A model generated the notes under the pieces. The model did not search any database. It had not been told where the DNA came from and saw only the letters and a program-made list of their open reading frames with translations. A stretch of DNA of 63,229 bases, filler included, from Octopus bimaculoides (lineage: Eukaryota), in assembly GCF_001194135.2 (NCBI RefSeq). It is 6 parts of 5 records of this genome, joined end to end, with 100 filler letters (N's around TTAATTAATTAA, not from the genome) between each part and the next. Parts side by side here need not be neighbours in the genome. Positions count along the whole stretch, not along the records: positions 51,445 to 57,724 come from NC_068987.1; positions 57,825 to 60,665 come from NC_068993.1; positions 60,766 to 61,935 come from NW_026299730.1; positions 62,036 to 63,229 come from NW_026412040.1; 2 more parts are not named here. One strand, given 5' to 3'. Made by a program: the position numbers and the translations under genes. Positions 51,445 to 63,229 of this stretch are shown here, one piece after another. Position 1 is the stretch's first letter. Each line of letters opens with the position of its first letter.

Positions 51445-51858
51445 ATATATAGCAAGAAGAAAATGGAGGGAATCCAAAGGTAGCATTCGTCAGCTGTTAG
51501 ACATTATATTATGTCTATTTACTCTTTTTACTTTCTTTTACTTGTTTCAGTCATTTGACTGTGGCCATGCTGGAGCAAACCGCCGTTAGTCGGGCAAATC
51601 GACCCCAGGACTTCTTCGTTGTAAGCCAACAACTGGTGAAGGATCGTTCTTTATGTTGTTTGTTTTGTTTTCCATTTATGTCTTTCGTTGTTCGAAAGAA
51701 TAGTTCATGTTCCCTTTACTTGTGCTTCGTACTTTTTTGTTGTACACGTTTCATGACGTCTGGTACCCACATATTCATATATATATAGTATAGATGTAAA
51801 ACTGTACATATATGTATGTATATATACATATATATATATATATTATTTATATTATTAT

Positions 51859-51913
<55 letters not shown>

Positions 51914-52948
51914 NNNNNNNNNNTATTTGGATGACCATGAAGTCACTTTTATTAATTTAGTTCACACAAACGTTTACTGGTTCTGTTCTTCATTCCGCAG
52001 GGCATTTTCAGTTCATTGAAGTATATAAATAGGTTCAAATATTAGTGCCATATTTTCGAAAGAACCCTCAGGGAGAAAAGTATATCGAAAAGTACTTAAG
52101 ACCGTCATTGAAAGTCATTTTTAGTCAACTGAAATGATTGTAATAAGAAGGAAAGTAATTTGGTTGATTCTGAATTAAATTAAAAACGAGTGAGTAGGAG
52201 GTTTTTCTATAACTTCAGTCAACCAATATTAAATGCAACTTTGCAGAGTGGGTTGATAGCATACAAGATGCAAATATAAATCCGTGGACTATGATAATGT
52301 CTAAATTATAGATTGGAATTTATAAATCATGAAGCGTTTAACTAGTTATCATTAACGTAAATATTTATTAACGACAAAATCATGAGAAATACATCACAAT
52401 TAGAATTTGAAAATGTTATTAGAAATAAAATTCCCAATTGAAATGCTGAGGAAAGAGAGCTGAGAGAGTTACTGAATAGGAAAGGTGGTTATAAAATTAG
52501 TTTGACAGCAGATGTGCAGGCTTACAGACAAACTGACTGACTAATTAGTAAAGAGACGGATAAATTACAATCGAAGGTAGGGGGTCAGTTTAAATGAAGA
52601 AATAGCTCTACTCTTTAAGAGCATTGGTAGAAATAAATTATAATTTATATGGAGATATTAATGATGCACAGCACAAAACCAACGGAAGGACTTGAGCGAC
52701 TATTTGTGAAGTTAGTTGAAAGAAATTATATAGCAATTTAAGAGGATATTAATTGCAATACAACGCGACTGGACGTCTTTATCGTGATTACCTCTAATGT
52801 ATACTTACACGATAAGCAATTAGTGTATTATTGCACTTTAAACATATATCTAAAGTAAACATCTATTAGTAATACTGGCGTTAAGAATGATATATCTGAG
52901 CAAATGTTATAGTTATGTTAATGTGGCTTCTTTGTCCACGATAAATAA

Positions 52949-53166
52949 TCTTCCTGTCATAGGCACAAGGCCTGAAGTTTTGGGAAAGGGGGCTATTCGA
53001 TTACATCGACTCCAGAATTTAACTGGTACTTAGTTTATCGACCCCGAAAGGATTAAAGTCAAAGTCAAAGTCGACCTCGGCGGAATTTGAACTCAGAACG
53101 TCGCGACGGTCGAAATACCACTAAGCATTTCGTCCACCGTGCTAACCACTCTGCTGGCTCGCCGCC
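52949..53166 (-). mobile_element. SINE family C with 17-bp TSD
   Basis: TSD TTGTCCA(C/T)GATAAATAA at 52932-52948 and 53167-53183. Confidence 0.88.
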
Positions 53167-54659
53167 TTGTCCATGATAAATAATAATAATAATAACGTTC
53201 CTGAGAAAATCATATATGTCTCTAAGTGAATGGAGTGTTGTTCTGTAGCATCCGATATGCTGAGAATAAGATTACTCTCAAATGGTTGAGGCCGACTGGA
53301 TTCAACAAGAACTGTGTAATTAAATGAAATTTTATTCTCGTATATTTTTTATAAGTTAAAAGGAAGAGGAAGGCGCCTATAAAAGAGTTAGCAGTTGATT
53401 AATATCGGTGAATGAATCATGGCATGTTTTGGACGCCACCTAGGATATCAATGCCTGTATACATGAGCGGTACTCAATGTGGGTTTTAGTTGAGATTTAT
53501 AAATGGTCAACACCAATCAGTTACGTATTTCTTGGTCTTAAAGTTGTATACTGGCTTAATTTTTGAAAATTAGTCCTGTTACATTTATTCGCGTGGATGT
53601 CGATGCGGTTTGATAGAGACTGTGAGGGTCAACAATATTTAGCGATTTTGAGGCGATTAGCTGTAATATGTTGATAACTGGAAAGCGGAAGGTAGTTTTA
53701 CGTTTCTTTAGAATGTATAGTGATTGAAACTTCGAATTATTGAGATAACGCCATCAAGATTAACCTAAATGAATTTGGATCTCATGTTTTCAGTTCAAAC
53801 ATATTTTTACGGTCACAAACCATGGAAGCTGTGCACACCAGTCACAACATATTCAAGTTTCTTGTGGCTGATGCATTTGTATAGAAATGCTGAGATTCTC
53901 TTGCTTCTGTTATCTTTAGCATAACGAGACACAATTTTCGCAGGATTCAGATTTACCGAAGCGCACAAAGCAATTACTCCTGAATTAAACAGTAATTGTC
54001 TTTTTACATGGATTCAAGTGACAGATTGATTGCAAATAAACTATGTGAGTTTATATCTTTTTCAATAATATCAGCTGTGTGGCTGGAATCATTTTGTTTA
54101 AACAGGAAATCGAAGTCTTCAGCATAATTAAATAATACTATATCACACAGCTATTTGGAAGTCTAGTTTTACTGAACAAATTGAACTTACAATATTCGCG
54201 ATATATCACATAAATATTTTTGAATGTGTGAGTATTCTAGACAATCTAAACTTATAATAACCACGAATTTGTATCTGGTCGTATTATATACTGGCGTTTG
54301 AAGCTAAGCTTTTCTCCAGAGAGAAAGAAATATGTTAATGAACAAACGTATTTACACAGCTATACATTATAATGAAATAAAAATGAAAATTTCCTGTGCA
54401 GGTCCACATTAATTCTCTCTGACTGGTTGTTTATGGCTCGGAATATGTTCATGTGTTGGCAGATATCATCTGCTTTAAAATATGACATGGTAGTTCGCTA
54501 ATGTTTGGTTTATTCTTTTGGTGTTAGCGTCAAATGTGATTCTATTTCTTTAAATCCGCTGCTATTTTTTTCCGTTCATTGATGTATTTTTATAACGAAA
54601 TAACTAACTCGAAGTTATAGTCCAATAAAATTGACATTCGAAATAATTTTAAAATTATC

Positions 54660-55175
54660 TTCAATGTAAAAGGTGATTGAAAAGTAAATTCCTATTTTAA
54701 AATACTTATAAATTATTTATTAATTGTAATTTTTACAAATAAAATGGATATGAGAGAAAAGCTTTTATTATGAGGTTTTATTTAAAATTCGATATGAACT
54801 CCAGGTGTCGCCACCAGCTTCTTGAGTCACCCAGGAATTGCGTCAACTGATTTCACCAGGAACTCTTGTGGGATGGAAGACATATACCTCTTCCTATTCG
54901 CATTCCAAGTTCTTCCAAATTCTTTAGTTTGGTACAGTAGTCTTGTTTCTTTAACCAACCCCAAAGAAGTCACAGGGTTTTAAATCAGGATTCCTGGCTG
55001 GCCCCTCATGCGGACCACGATGACCCATCCATCTCCCGCGGAGGTGGGCTTTCAGCCATTCACGATTGCAGATCAAGTTCTCATACTTCAAAAATCAAAC
55101 ACAAAAGAACTTGATTAAAAAATTACAATTAATGAATAATTTATAAGTATTCTAAAATAAGGAATTACTTTTCCG
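54660..55175 (-). mobile_element. Internally deleted Tc1/mariner-superfamily element with a transposase C-terminal remnant
   Basis: AT-rich inverted arms (about 54690-54740 and 55115-55165). Minus translation remnants DLKPCDFF...LEEL..RI...IPQEFLVKSVDAIPG*LKKLVAT. Confidence 0.7.
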
Positions 55176-56119
55176 ATTTTTATTTTTATTTTGGTAAGTG
55201 TGGCTTCATGCCTACGCTTATATTTGTTCATAGTTAACCTGTTACATATCAAACAACTCTTTTCTGAAAGTATTTTCGTACACCTTCCACGCTACAAAGG
55301 TGACGAACTGGTAGAATCATCAGCGAGTAGGACAAAATGCGCGCCTCCGAGAATCGAACTTACCATTTAACAATCGTGAGCCGAATACCCGGGCCACTAA
55401 CGTAGTCGCCTTCACTAGGGCCGATATAATTGCCTTGTACCCTCCCCTCAAAAACTGTTGGCCTTGTGCCCTGCAAGACCGACATCTTGTTCAAGGGAAT
55501 GCTGTAGTCTGAGTCACCTATTTGCTGTGGAACCCGGGTTGCCGACCCTACGATTACTAAGGCTCGAGAAGAAAACCGTCCTACGATGGCATACGATAAC
55601 TCGGAATTGAATGTTTATTATCAAATTTCGAAGTTCCAAGCGACTTTACTAGGTACGCAGACTCCTGATGTTTATGCATAGGTCTTACAGTAATAAGTCA
55701 TAAATGATTAAGATTAGATTGGTTTGGATTGACTGTGTTCAGTCCATTGCAGGACGAAGGCGTCAACATGTTCTCCCCGTCAAGCACGGTCTGATGTGAA
55801 GGCCGTGAATTTGATCTTGAGGTAATAGTGGTTTGATGAGCCTACTCTGCCACACTGGCACGATATGGCATGAAATTACAATCATACCTTTATTAACAAG
55901 AAAACATCATTAACGGAATAATTATTGCCAGTTTAAGAAATGGAAACAATTTATTTTAAATGAACTTAAGTATGGAATTTATAGCTGAAATAAATCCAAT
56001 CTATAGTAGATCGGGGACAACAGGTAGTGTATGATTAGATCTCGTTTGTAAAGTATAGTCTAACATATATGTGTATCACATGTGATATATATTCCCAAGT
56101 TCTTTCAACCACCATCGTA

Positions 56120-56760
56120 AATTGGGACTTATGAAAAGAAAACTTGTATTATTCAGAACTTTTGAAACAAGGGGTAACGAAAAGTTTGAAAACAAGCAAG
56201 GATGCTATTTGAGATAAACTTATGAAAACTGCTTTGGACATGCAAAGAGTTAAGCAATATTTACTGATGCTTATATCATTAATATCGCTATAGTTTTGTA
56301 TATCCAGTGGAAAAGTATTCAGGGGCAGTAGTTATCATTGCAACTGTGTCATTTCCCCATCTACAATTACAACTTGAAATGTTTATTTATTCAAGTCTGT
56401 GTATCTAACATACTTACAGCCAAGGAAATATATTGATATGACGAGTCGGAAAGAAATAATTATTCATATATATCAACAAGTGTAAGCACATTCAGATTAC
56501 TTGTAAGGTTAGGCATGTGTTAAGATAACATGAAATAACAGAATTACTGGATATTCACGACTGTTGTAAGAAAGATAGCTTTTAGGCATTTTACAAGGAC
56601 GGTCACAACGCTATCATGTTGGTTGGTTGAACTGAGACAATGCCTGCTATTCATCGACCTTTATACACATCGGTTCAATAGTCAGAACTTTATGAAAGTT
56701 AATGCGTTTGGTATACATTCAAAGACCTATAAGGCAAACCAAATGTTACGTCTCGTAATC
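56120..56760 (+). mobile_element. Possible highly decayed LTR-retrotransposon integrase region
   Basis: Scattered motif-like remnants QGVTKSLK, DNACYSS, NFMKVNAFGIHSKTY across frames. Weak. Confidence 0.25.
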
Positions 56761-57325
56761 TACTGATATATCCATAGGAAATAGCAGAATATAAGAAAAG
56801 CATTATTTAGTCGAACAGGACAAATTCCTAGGATTTTGTTTTGGCGATTATATATTTAGTATATATTATGGAGAAGGCACACAGTAGTCAAGTGGTTAGA
56901 GTGATCCATTCACGATCTTACGACGGTAATTGGATTGTCAGACTGGGTGGTGCGTCGTTCCGTTGCGTAAAACGCTTCATTGTTAGGTTCAAGGCGAAGA
57001 AGTGGCAGTGTGGTTAATAAGGTTGCTTCCCATACATGTGGTCTTGCGTTCAATGCCACTGCGTGGTATCTTGAGCAGGTGTCTTCTCTGACACTGGACC
57101 GATCAATGTGCTGTGACTGAGTTAGACGGAAAGAAAAAGAAGCCCACCGATTCTATGTATGTATGTATGTATGTATGTATGCATTTTTTTTTATGCCAGT
57201 GTTCTGTTCTATAGAGAGAGAGTCGGTTTCCAACCTAGATACAAGGCTCCTTCATTGGAATTTAAAAATCAGCAACAGGGTAGCTAAAAGAAGCTCACCC
57301 GATTGTTTGTATGAATTTATGAATT

Positions 57326-57371
<46 letters not shown>

Positions 57372-57442
57372 NNNNNNNNNNCACATATATGTGAGTGTAT
57401 GTGTATGTGTGAGTGCTTATGTATGTGTGTATATATATATAT

Positions 57443-57724
57443 TCCTCACCAGCACCCATCACCGACCCTATCGCATCACCGACTCCTTCACCTGCACGTC
57501 TACCAACATCATATATTGCCTCTCCTGCTCTCTCTGCCAATCCCTGTACATCGGACAAACGGGGCGCCGCCTGACCGACCGATTCGCGGAACACCTCCGA
57601 GATATCAACGTCGGCAATGACACCCCGGTGTCACGCCACTTCCGTTCTGCCGGCCACTCCTTGCGGCAACACCTGTCTGTGTTTGGATTGTCCATGCACA
57701 GGGGCCATCCGGACTCCCGTTTGC
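57443..57724 (+). mobile_element. Penelope-like element GIY-YIG endonuclease fragment
   Basis: Open frame SFTCTSTNIIYCLSCSLCQSLYIGQTGRRLTDRFAEHLRDI...PVSRHF, diagnostic of PLE GIY-YIG domains. Cut by the scaffold end. Confidence 0.92.
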
Positions 57725-57824
57725 NNNNNNNNNNNNNNNNNNNNNNNNNNNNNNNNNNNNNNNNNNNNTTAATTAATTAANNNNNNNNNNNNNNNNNNNN
57801 NNNNNNNNNNNNNNNNNNNNNNNN
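57725..57824. other. Artificial scaffold spacer
   Basis: TTAATTAATTAA at 57769-57780. Confidence 0.97.
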
Positions 57825-57963
57825 CACTTAGACCAGACACTTAGACACTTAGACACTTAGACCAGACACTTAGACACTTAGACACTTAGACCAGACACTT
57901 AGACACTTAGACACTTAGACCAGACACTTAGACACTTAGACACTTAGACCAGACACTTAGACA
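57825..57963. repeat. 29-bp tandem repeat built from CACTTAGA octamers
   Basis: Unit CACTTAGA-CCAGA-CACTTAGA-CACTTAGA, about 4.8 perfect copies, truncated by the scaffold start. Confidence 0.95.
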
Positions 57964-58777
57964 CCACTAACTCCCTGCCAGATACGCGGTTCCTTCTCTA
58001 ACGGAACTTCTGTCGCTCAATCGCCGGTCTTACTCTGATAGTACCAAGTGATCCGCCTTGATCAATAGTTGCCCATTTTCCAGTAGCCATGTTAGACTTT
58101 TTCTTGTGTCCCTTCATTCGGTAATTTAAGCCTGAAAAAGACATGTTTCTGACAAAAGCTCGTGAAACTTAAAGTTGCATTGAGACGAACCAGACTGTTT
58201 TAAATAACAATTACAATAATCCTTTCTACTAAATGCTCAAGACCTGAAATTTTGCGGAAGGGGACAAGTCGATTATATCGACCCACATGTTTCTCTGATA
58301 TTTATTTTACCGACCTCAAAGGGATGAAAGGTAAAGTCGACCTCGGCGGAATTTGAACTCAGAACGTAAAGACAGACGAAATGATGCCCAGCATCCTGCT
58401 CGACGTGGTAACGATTCTGCCAGCTCACCGCATGTAAATATATATATATATTGGAAGGTTTGGAGGTGATGTACAGGAATTATATTATAGAAAAAAATTA
58501 AGGTACTCAGAAATCTGGATGGTTGTATGTTTACAGATTTTTATTAATGTCACATGTTTTATAAATAAAGCGCTTTTCACCTAATCATGTAGGATTTTCA
58601 AATTGTTTTGAGTTCACCTTGCGATGCGGTCTCTTTATATAGTTTTATTGAGTGTGTAGAGGTGGAGAGTGAGATATATATAGGCTATATATACATATAT
58701 ATGTATATATTTGTATTTATATATATATATGTATATATATATGCATATATATATGTATATATATATATATATATATG

Positions 58778-58848
<71 letters not shown>

Positions 58849-59869
58849 ATTCGGCTAACCAGGCATATATTCATACATTCGCATACACATTAGTACATTC
58901 GTATATTTGCTGAGACTAGAAGAAGCAGACCCTTTGAGGCTGGTGTTGATAATGCGCTTCGCCACTTAAACTGTTATAACATCTGCATTAAACATATGAA
59001 CAAGAAGTGCCAGAGACGATATTTTTAGGAGAAATGATGCACGCGCGCCGACACACTCACACACACATGCACACAAACACGCACATATGCATATTCAAAT
59101 ATGTGTGTACATATATTAATGTGTGTGCATGCGAGCATGTGTGGTTATATAAAATTCTGCAACAAAATTGGTGCGTGCAACACTTGTTTTTCATACAAGT
59201 TTGTTTACTTCGTTTCCTGTATTTGCTTCGATGTGAACTCAGTTGTTGAAAGAGATTTGTTGTATCTCGAGAGGATTATTATACTACTAAGAGACACACT
59301 CACTGGTTATGTTTCACCTCTCTATTGTTCATCTATTTGTTTGGTTAACGGTTGTTTTACCTGGAGTACTAGGGGAATGTTACTGAAGAGATCCGAATGG
59401 CGACAAAAGGATCTTGAAAAGCATAAGTAATTGATTGATCAACATGATTAACAGAATAACTTACCGAACATCCAAGTACTTTATTAAAGAAGTGTAATAT
59501 AACCAGAACGTGTATATTTGATTGGCATAATGACCCTTCCGATATACAACAAAAACATTCGTTTACATTATTTGTGATATAGGTTTGTGAGAGTAAAAGA
59601 GACCCACTGTTTATGATGTTTGTAGATATACACCGGTATGCATCAAGAAATATAACTAATTCAGTCGGAATTAATCAAATATATTTTGGAGATAACTTTT
59701 GCTGTTGTTTAGAGGTGAGTCAGTTAGGTAGCTATCTCTTTCCGTAACATTCCATCTGTTTTCGGACACATTTTATTTAGGACTAGAATATCACTTAATA
59801 TAGACACTATTTAAATACGTGCTTCTAGTTTCATGCTGTGAAAACACCATAGACTGGTGAAAATATATA

Positions 59870-60665
59870 CAGGGGTTTTATAAAATAATAGAAACACTTA
59901 GCATCATAGCATCATAATTTTGAAATATCTATAAAACCGTCAAAAGTTTGTTTATTTTTATGTTTCTTGATATATTATTAGTGTTGCTTAATGTTTTGCT
60001 AAAATTGCTGTTTCTTTTCAGATATCATCAGAGAAAGGTAATTAAAATTCATTAAAATGACAGATTTATCAGACTTTCAAAGAAGTCAAATTGTTGGTGC
60101 TCGTATGGCAAGCGCTAGAGTAACGAAACAGTCGAAATGTTTGGTGAATCAAGAAGTATTGTCTCAAAAGTAATGACAGCCTTTCAGAAAGAGGGAAAAA
60201 CCTCCTCGTCGAAACAAAACTCCAGAAGAAAACCAAAACTTTCAGATAGGAACCGTCGGACTCTTACACGCATTGTTGGAAAGGATCACAAAAGTACAGC
60301 TCCCAAAATTACTGAATGGCTTAAGGACCACCTCGAGAACCCAGTTTCCACAAAATCTGTTCGCCGGGAGCTGCACAAAACCAGATTTCACGGGAGGGCT
60401 GCAATCAGAAAACCATTACTTTTAAAAAACAAACGTTGCAAAGCATTTAGAGTGGAGTAAAGACCTACAGAATTAGTCCCTAAAGCAGTGGAAGAATGTT
60501 ATTTTCTCAGACGAGTCATCCTTTACCTTATTTTCGACCACCGGACGAGTATATGCGTGGAGATAGCCAAAAGAAGCATTTGACCCAGACTGCCTTCTTC
60601 CAACTGTTAAACATGGAGGAGGATCTGTGATGATCCGCAGGGGCTGTATCTTGGAAATCCGCCGG
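59870..60665 (+). mobile_element. Tc1-family DNA transposon, 5' part, transposase pseudogene from 60057
   Basis: TA|CAGGGG TIR start. Translation MTDLSDFQRSQIVGARMA...RKPKLSDRNRR...AAIRKPLL...WKNVIFSDES...TVKHGGGSVMI, with frameshifts and stops. Confidence 0.93.
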
Positions 60666-60765
60666 NNNNNNNNNNNNNNNNNNNNNNNNNNNNNNNNNNN
60701 NNNNNNNNNTTAATTAATTAANNNNNNNNNNNNNNNNNNNNNNNNNNNNNNNNNNNNNNNNNNNN
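60666..60765. other. Artificial scaffold spacer
   Basis: TTAATTAATTAA at 60710-60721. Confidence 0.97.
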
Positions 60766-60948
60766 TAAACACACATATATATACATATATACACACTCAC
60801 ATGTATATAAACACATATATACACACACATGAGGAATGTGTAGAATCCAATGTATGCGATGCAGGTTCGATTCCCAGGTAAAGCCATTTACAATAATAAT
60901 AATAATAAGAAGAAGAAGAAGATTGAAGTTTAATATTTCTGTTAATAT

Positions 60949-61935
60949 TTATTTGTCAAAATGAAAGAAAGCAAAAGATTGAGGTCCAGGAATAATTCCA
61001 AAAACCATCAAAGAATTTTCTGAAACATCCAAACCAAGAACTTCACAGACTTCATTATCATCACCCCTGAGGAGTAAATATTTTGGATTATCTTTTAATC
61101 CCCGGATTATAATATATTCAGATGTTTCCTCTTCCTTATGTCAAGGTATTTCGTAAATATTGTTCCTCAAATCTGTTATATAAACACATTCACCAATTAT
61201 GGTTAGACGAGGTCTTGGAATATAATCATCCAGACCCAAAAATATTCTTCCTTCTTCTATTCTTATCCTCCTCACCAAAGACTTTTCCCTGAACCATTCC
61301 ACAAATAAACAACCATTCCACCATTCAGACTCCTTCTCCATCTCCCTCCTCAAAACAACAACATCACCAAAAGATGTGATTCCCACATCCTCCACCCCTT
61401 CGTCTCCCTCCAACCTTCCCCCTCTTCCCATCTCCCCCCTACACACTTCATCTTTACATTTCCCATCTTTCATATCAACCACATCCACATTATAAGAGAC
61501 AACGATGTCGGGGTCATCACAATAATAGTAAACCTTGTGGTTCTTCCATATTCTTTTGTATTTCTTGTCTCTCTCTTTTCGAGTCATGTCTCTAATATAA
61601 TGACCACCACACACGAGTTGACTGTCGTTGTATTTATAAACCCTGTTGTAGTATTTCTCAGTTCTGATGGTTTTTAAACGAAAGAAATCCCTGTTGAAGA
61701 CCCTCATTTCTCTCCCAAAGGCGACAATGAAACATTCATCTGTCCACCGACAAATGTCCAGTGGTTCTTCTTCTTGTTGTTCATGTTGAAGTATGTCCAC
61801 TGTTGTTGTTGTTGTTCTGATTAATGTGAGACTTTCCCGAAACATCAACACACTCACATTCTCATCTAACTTAATTAGTTTACTATTCCGGTCCCTAATG
61901 TCCCCATAATCATAATTAACAGGTTCCTCGAATGC
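60949..61935 (-). CDS. 5'-truncated intronless reading frame (329 codons) with a single in-frame TGA at 61143-61141. Unknown protein, possibly a beta-propeller domain. Could be a pseudogene.
   Basis: The frame is open from the scaffold end (AFEEPVNYDYGD...) to 61141, then continues 63 codons (HKEEETSEY...HFDK) to TAA at 60951-60949. Complex non-repetitive sequence. Confidence 0.7.
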
Positions 61936-62035
61936 NNNNNNNNNNNNNNNNNNNNNNNNNNNNNNNNNNNNNNNNNNNNTTAATTAATTAANNNNNNNNN
62001 NNNNNNNNNNNNNNNNNNNNNNNNNNNNNNNNNNN
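61936..62035. other. Artificial scaffold spacer
   Basis: TTAATTAATTAA at 61980-61991. Confidence 0.97.
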
Positions 62036-62414
62036 ATATAAATGAATACATATATATAAATAAATAAATATATGAATAAATAAATGAAAAAAATAAATAA
62101 ACACATATATATATAGATAAATAAATAAATATACATATAAATAAATATATAGATAAATAAATAAATGTATATAAATAAATATATATATATAAATAAATAA
62201 AAATATATATAAATAAGAATATATCTAAATAAATATATAAAATATATATATAAAAAATAAATATATATAAATAAATATATATATAACTAAATAAATATAT
62301 AAATAAATATATATATAAATAAATATATAAAGATATATATATATAAATAAATAAATATATAAATAAATACATAAATATAAATAAATAAATATATAAATAT
62401 ATAAATATATGAAT

Positions 62415-62445
<31 letters not shown>

Positions 62446-63229
62446 ACATATGTAAATAAATAAATATATATATAAATAAATATACAGATAAATAAATATA
62501 TGTATATAAATAAATATATATATATAAATAAATGAAAATATATATAAATAAATATATAAATAAATAAATATAAATAAATAAGTATATATAAATAGATATA
62601 TATATAACTAAATAAATATATAAATAAATATATATATAAATAAATATATATATAAATAAATAAATATATAAATGAATATATAAATAAATAAATATATATA
62701 TATGAATAAATAAATATATAAATAAATATAGATATATATAAATAAATATAAGAATAAATAAATAAATAAATATATATATAAATAAATATAAGAATAAATA
62801 AATAAATGTATATATAAAAAATAAATATATATGTAAATATATAAATAAATAATTAAATAAATATCTGAATAAATAAATATATAAAGAAATAAATATATAA
62901 ATAAACAGATAAATATATATAAATAAATAAATATATATATAAATAAATATATAAATACATAAATATATAAATAAATAAATATATAAATGAATATATAAAT
63001 AAATAAATATATATATATGAATAAACAAATATAAAAATAAATAAATAAACATATAAATGAATTAATATATATATAAATAAATAAATATATAAATAAATAT
63101 ATATATAAATAAATAAATTTATATATATATGAATAAATAAATATATTTATAAATAAAAAGATAAATGAACATATATTTCAATATATATATATAAATAAAT
63201 AAATATATATAAATATATATATATATATA
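62036..63229. repeat. Near-pure A/T low-complexity mosaic of (ATAA)n and (AT)n
   Basis: About 1.2 kb with very few G/C. The long Y/I/L/F ORFs here are artefacts. Confidence 0.95.

Noticed and set aside
57825-57963. CRISPR-like array
   Set aside because: Contiguous tandem units with no unique spacers, in eukaryotic DNA.
60855-60890. tRNA gene (GGTTCGATTCCC T-arm)
   Set aside because: Isolated B-box fragment with no cloverleaf. All other tRNA-like heads in the window belong to SINEs.
61980-63052. 130- and 275-aa ORFs rich in Y/I/L/F
   Set aside because: Translations of A/T low-complexity DNA.

Overview
AT-rich, microsatellite-dense, repeat-rich animal DNA. The SINE, RTE and MITE families look like those of Octopus (recognition by eye, not a database result). 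The window is not one locus: five artificial spacers (44 N + TTAATTAATTAA + 44 N) join six separate scaffolds (1-24424, 24525-51344, 51445-57724, 57825-60665, 60766-61935, 62036-63229). Most of the ORF track is microsatellite or N-gap noise. The host-gene signals are one NRAMP/SLC11 exon (41279-41376, +), a CpG-retaining putative promoter at about 32.1-34.5 kb with divergent splice donors, and an intronless 329-codon minus-strand frame (61935-60949) with one in-frame TGA. The rest is mobile DNA: a Gypsy LTR/PBS/gag remnant, a non-autonomous Helitron with a helicase remnant, Tc1 and mariner remnants, a Penelope GIY-YIG fragment, RTE LINE fragments, several tRNA-derived SINE families, piggyBac-type (TTAA) and hAT-type (8-bp TSD) MITEs, and two fold-back palindromes of about 180 bp. 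I found no convincing wholly new system. The best leads are the TGA-interrupted ORF, a possible SINE target-site preference, the divergent promoter, and the intronic hairpins.
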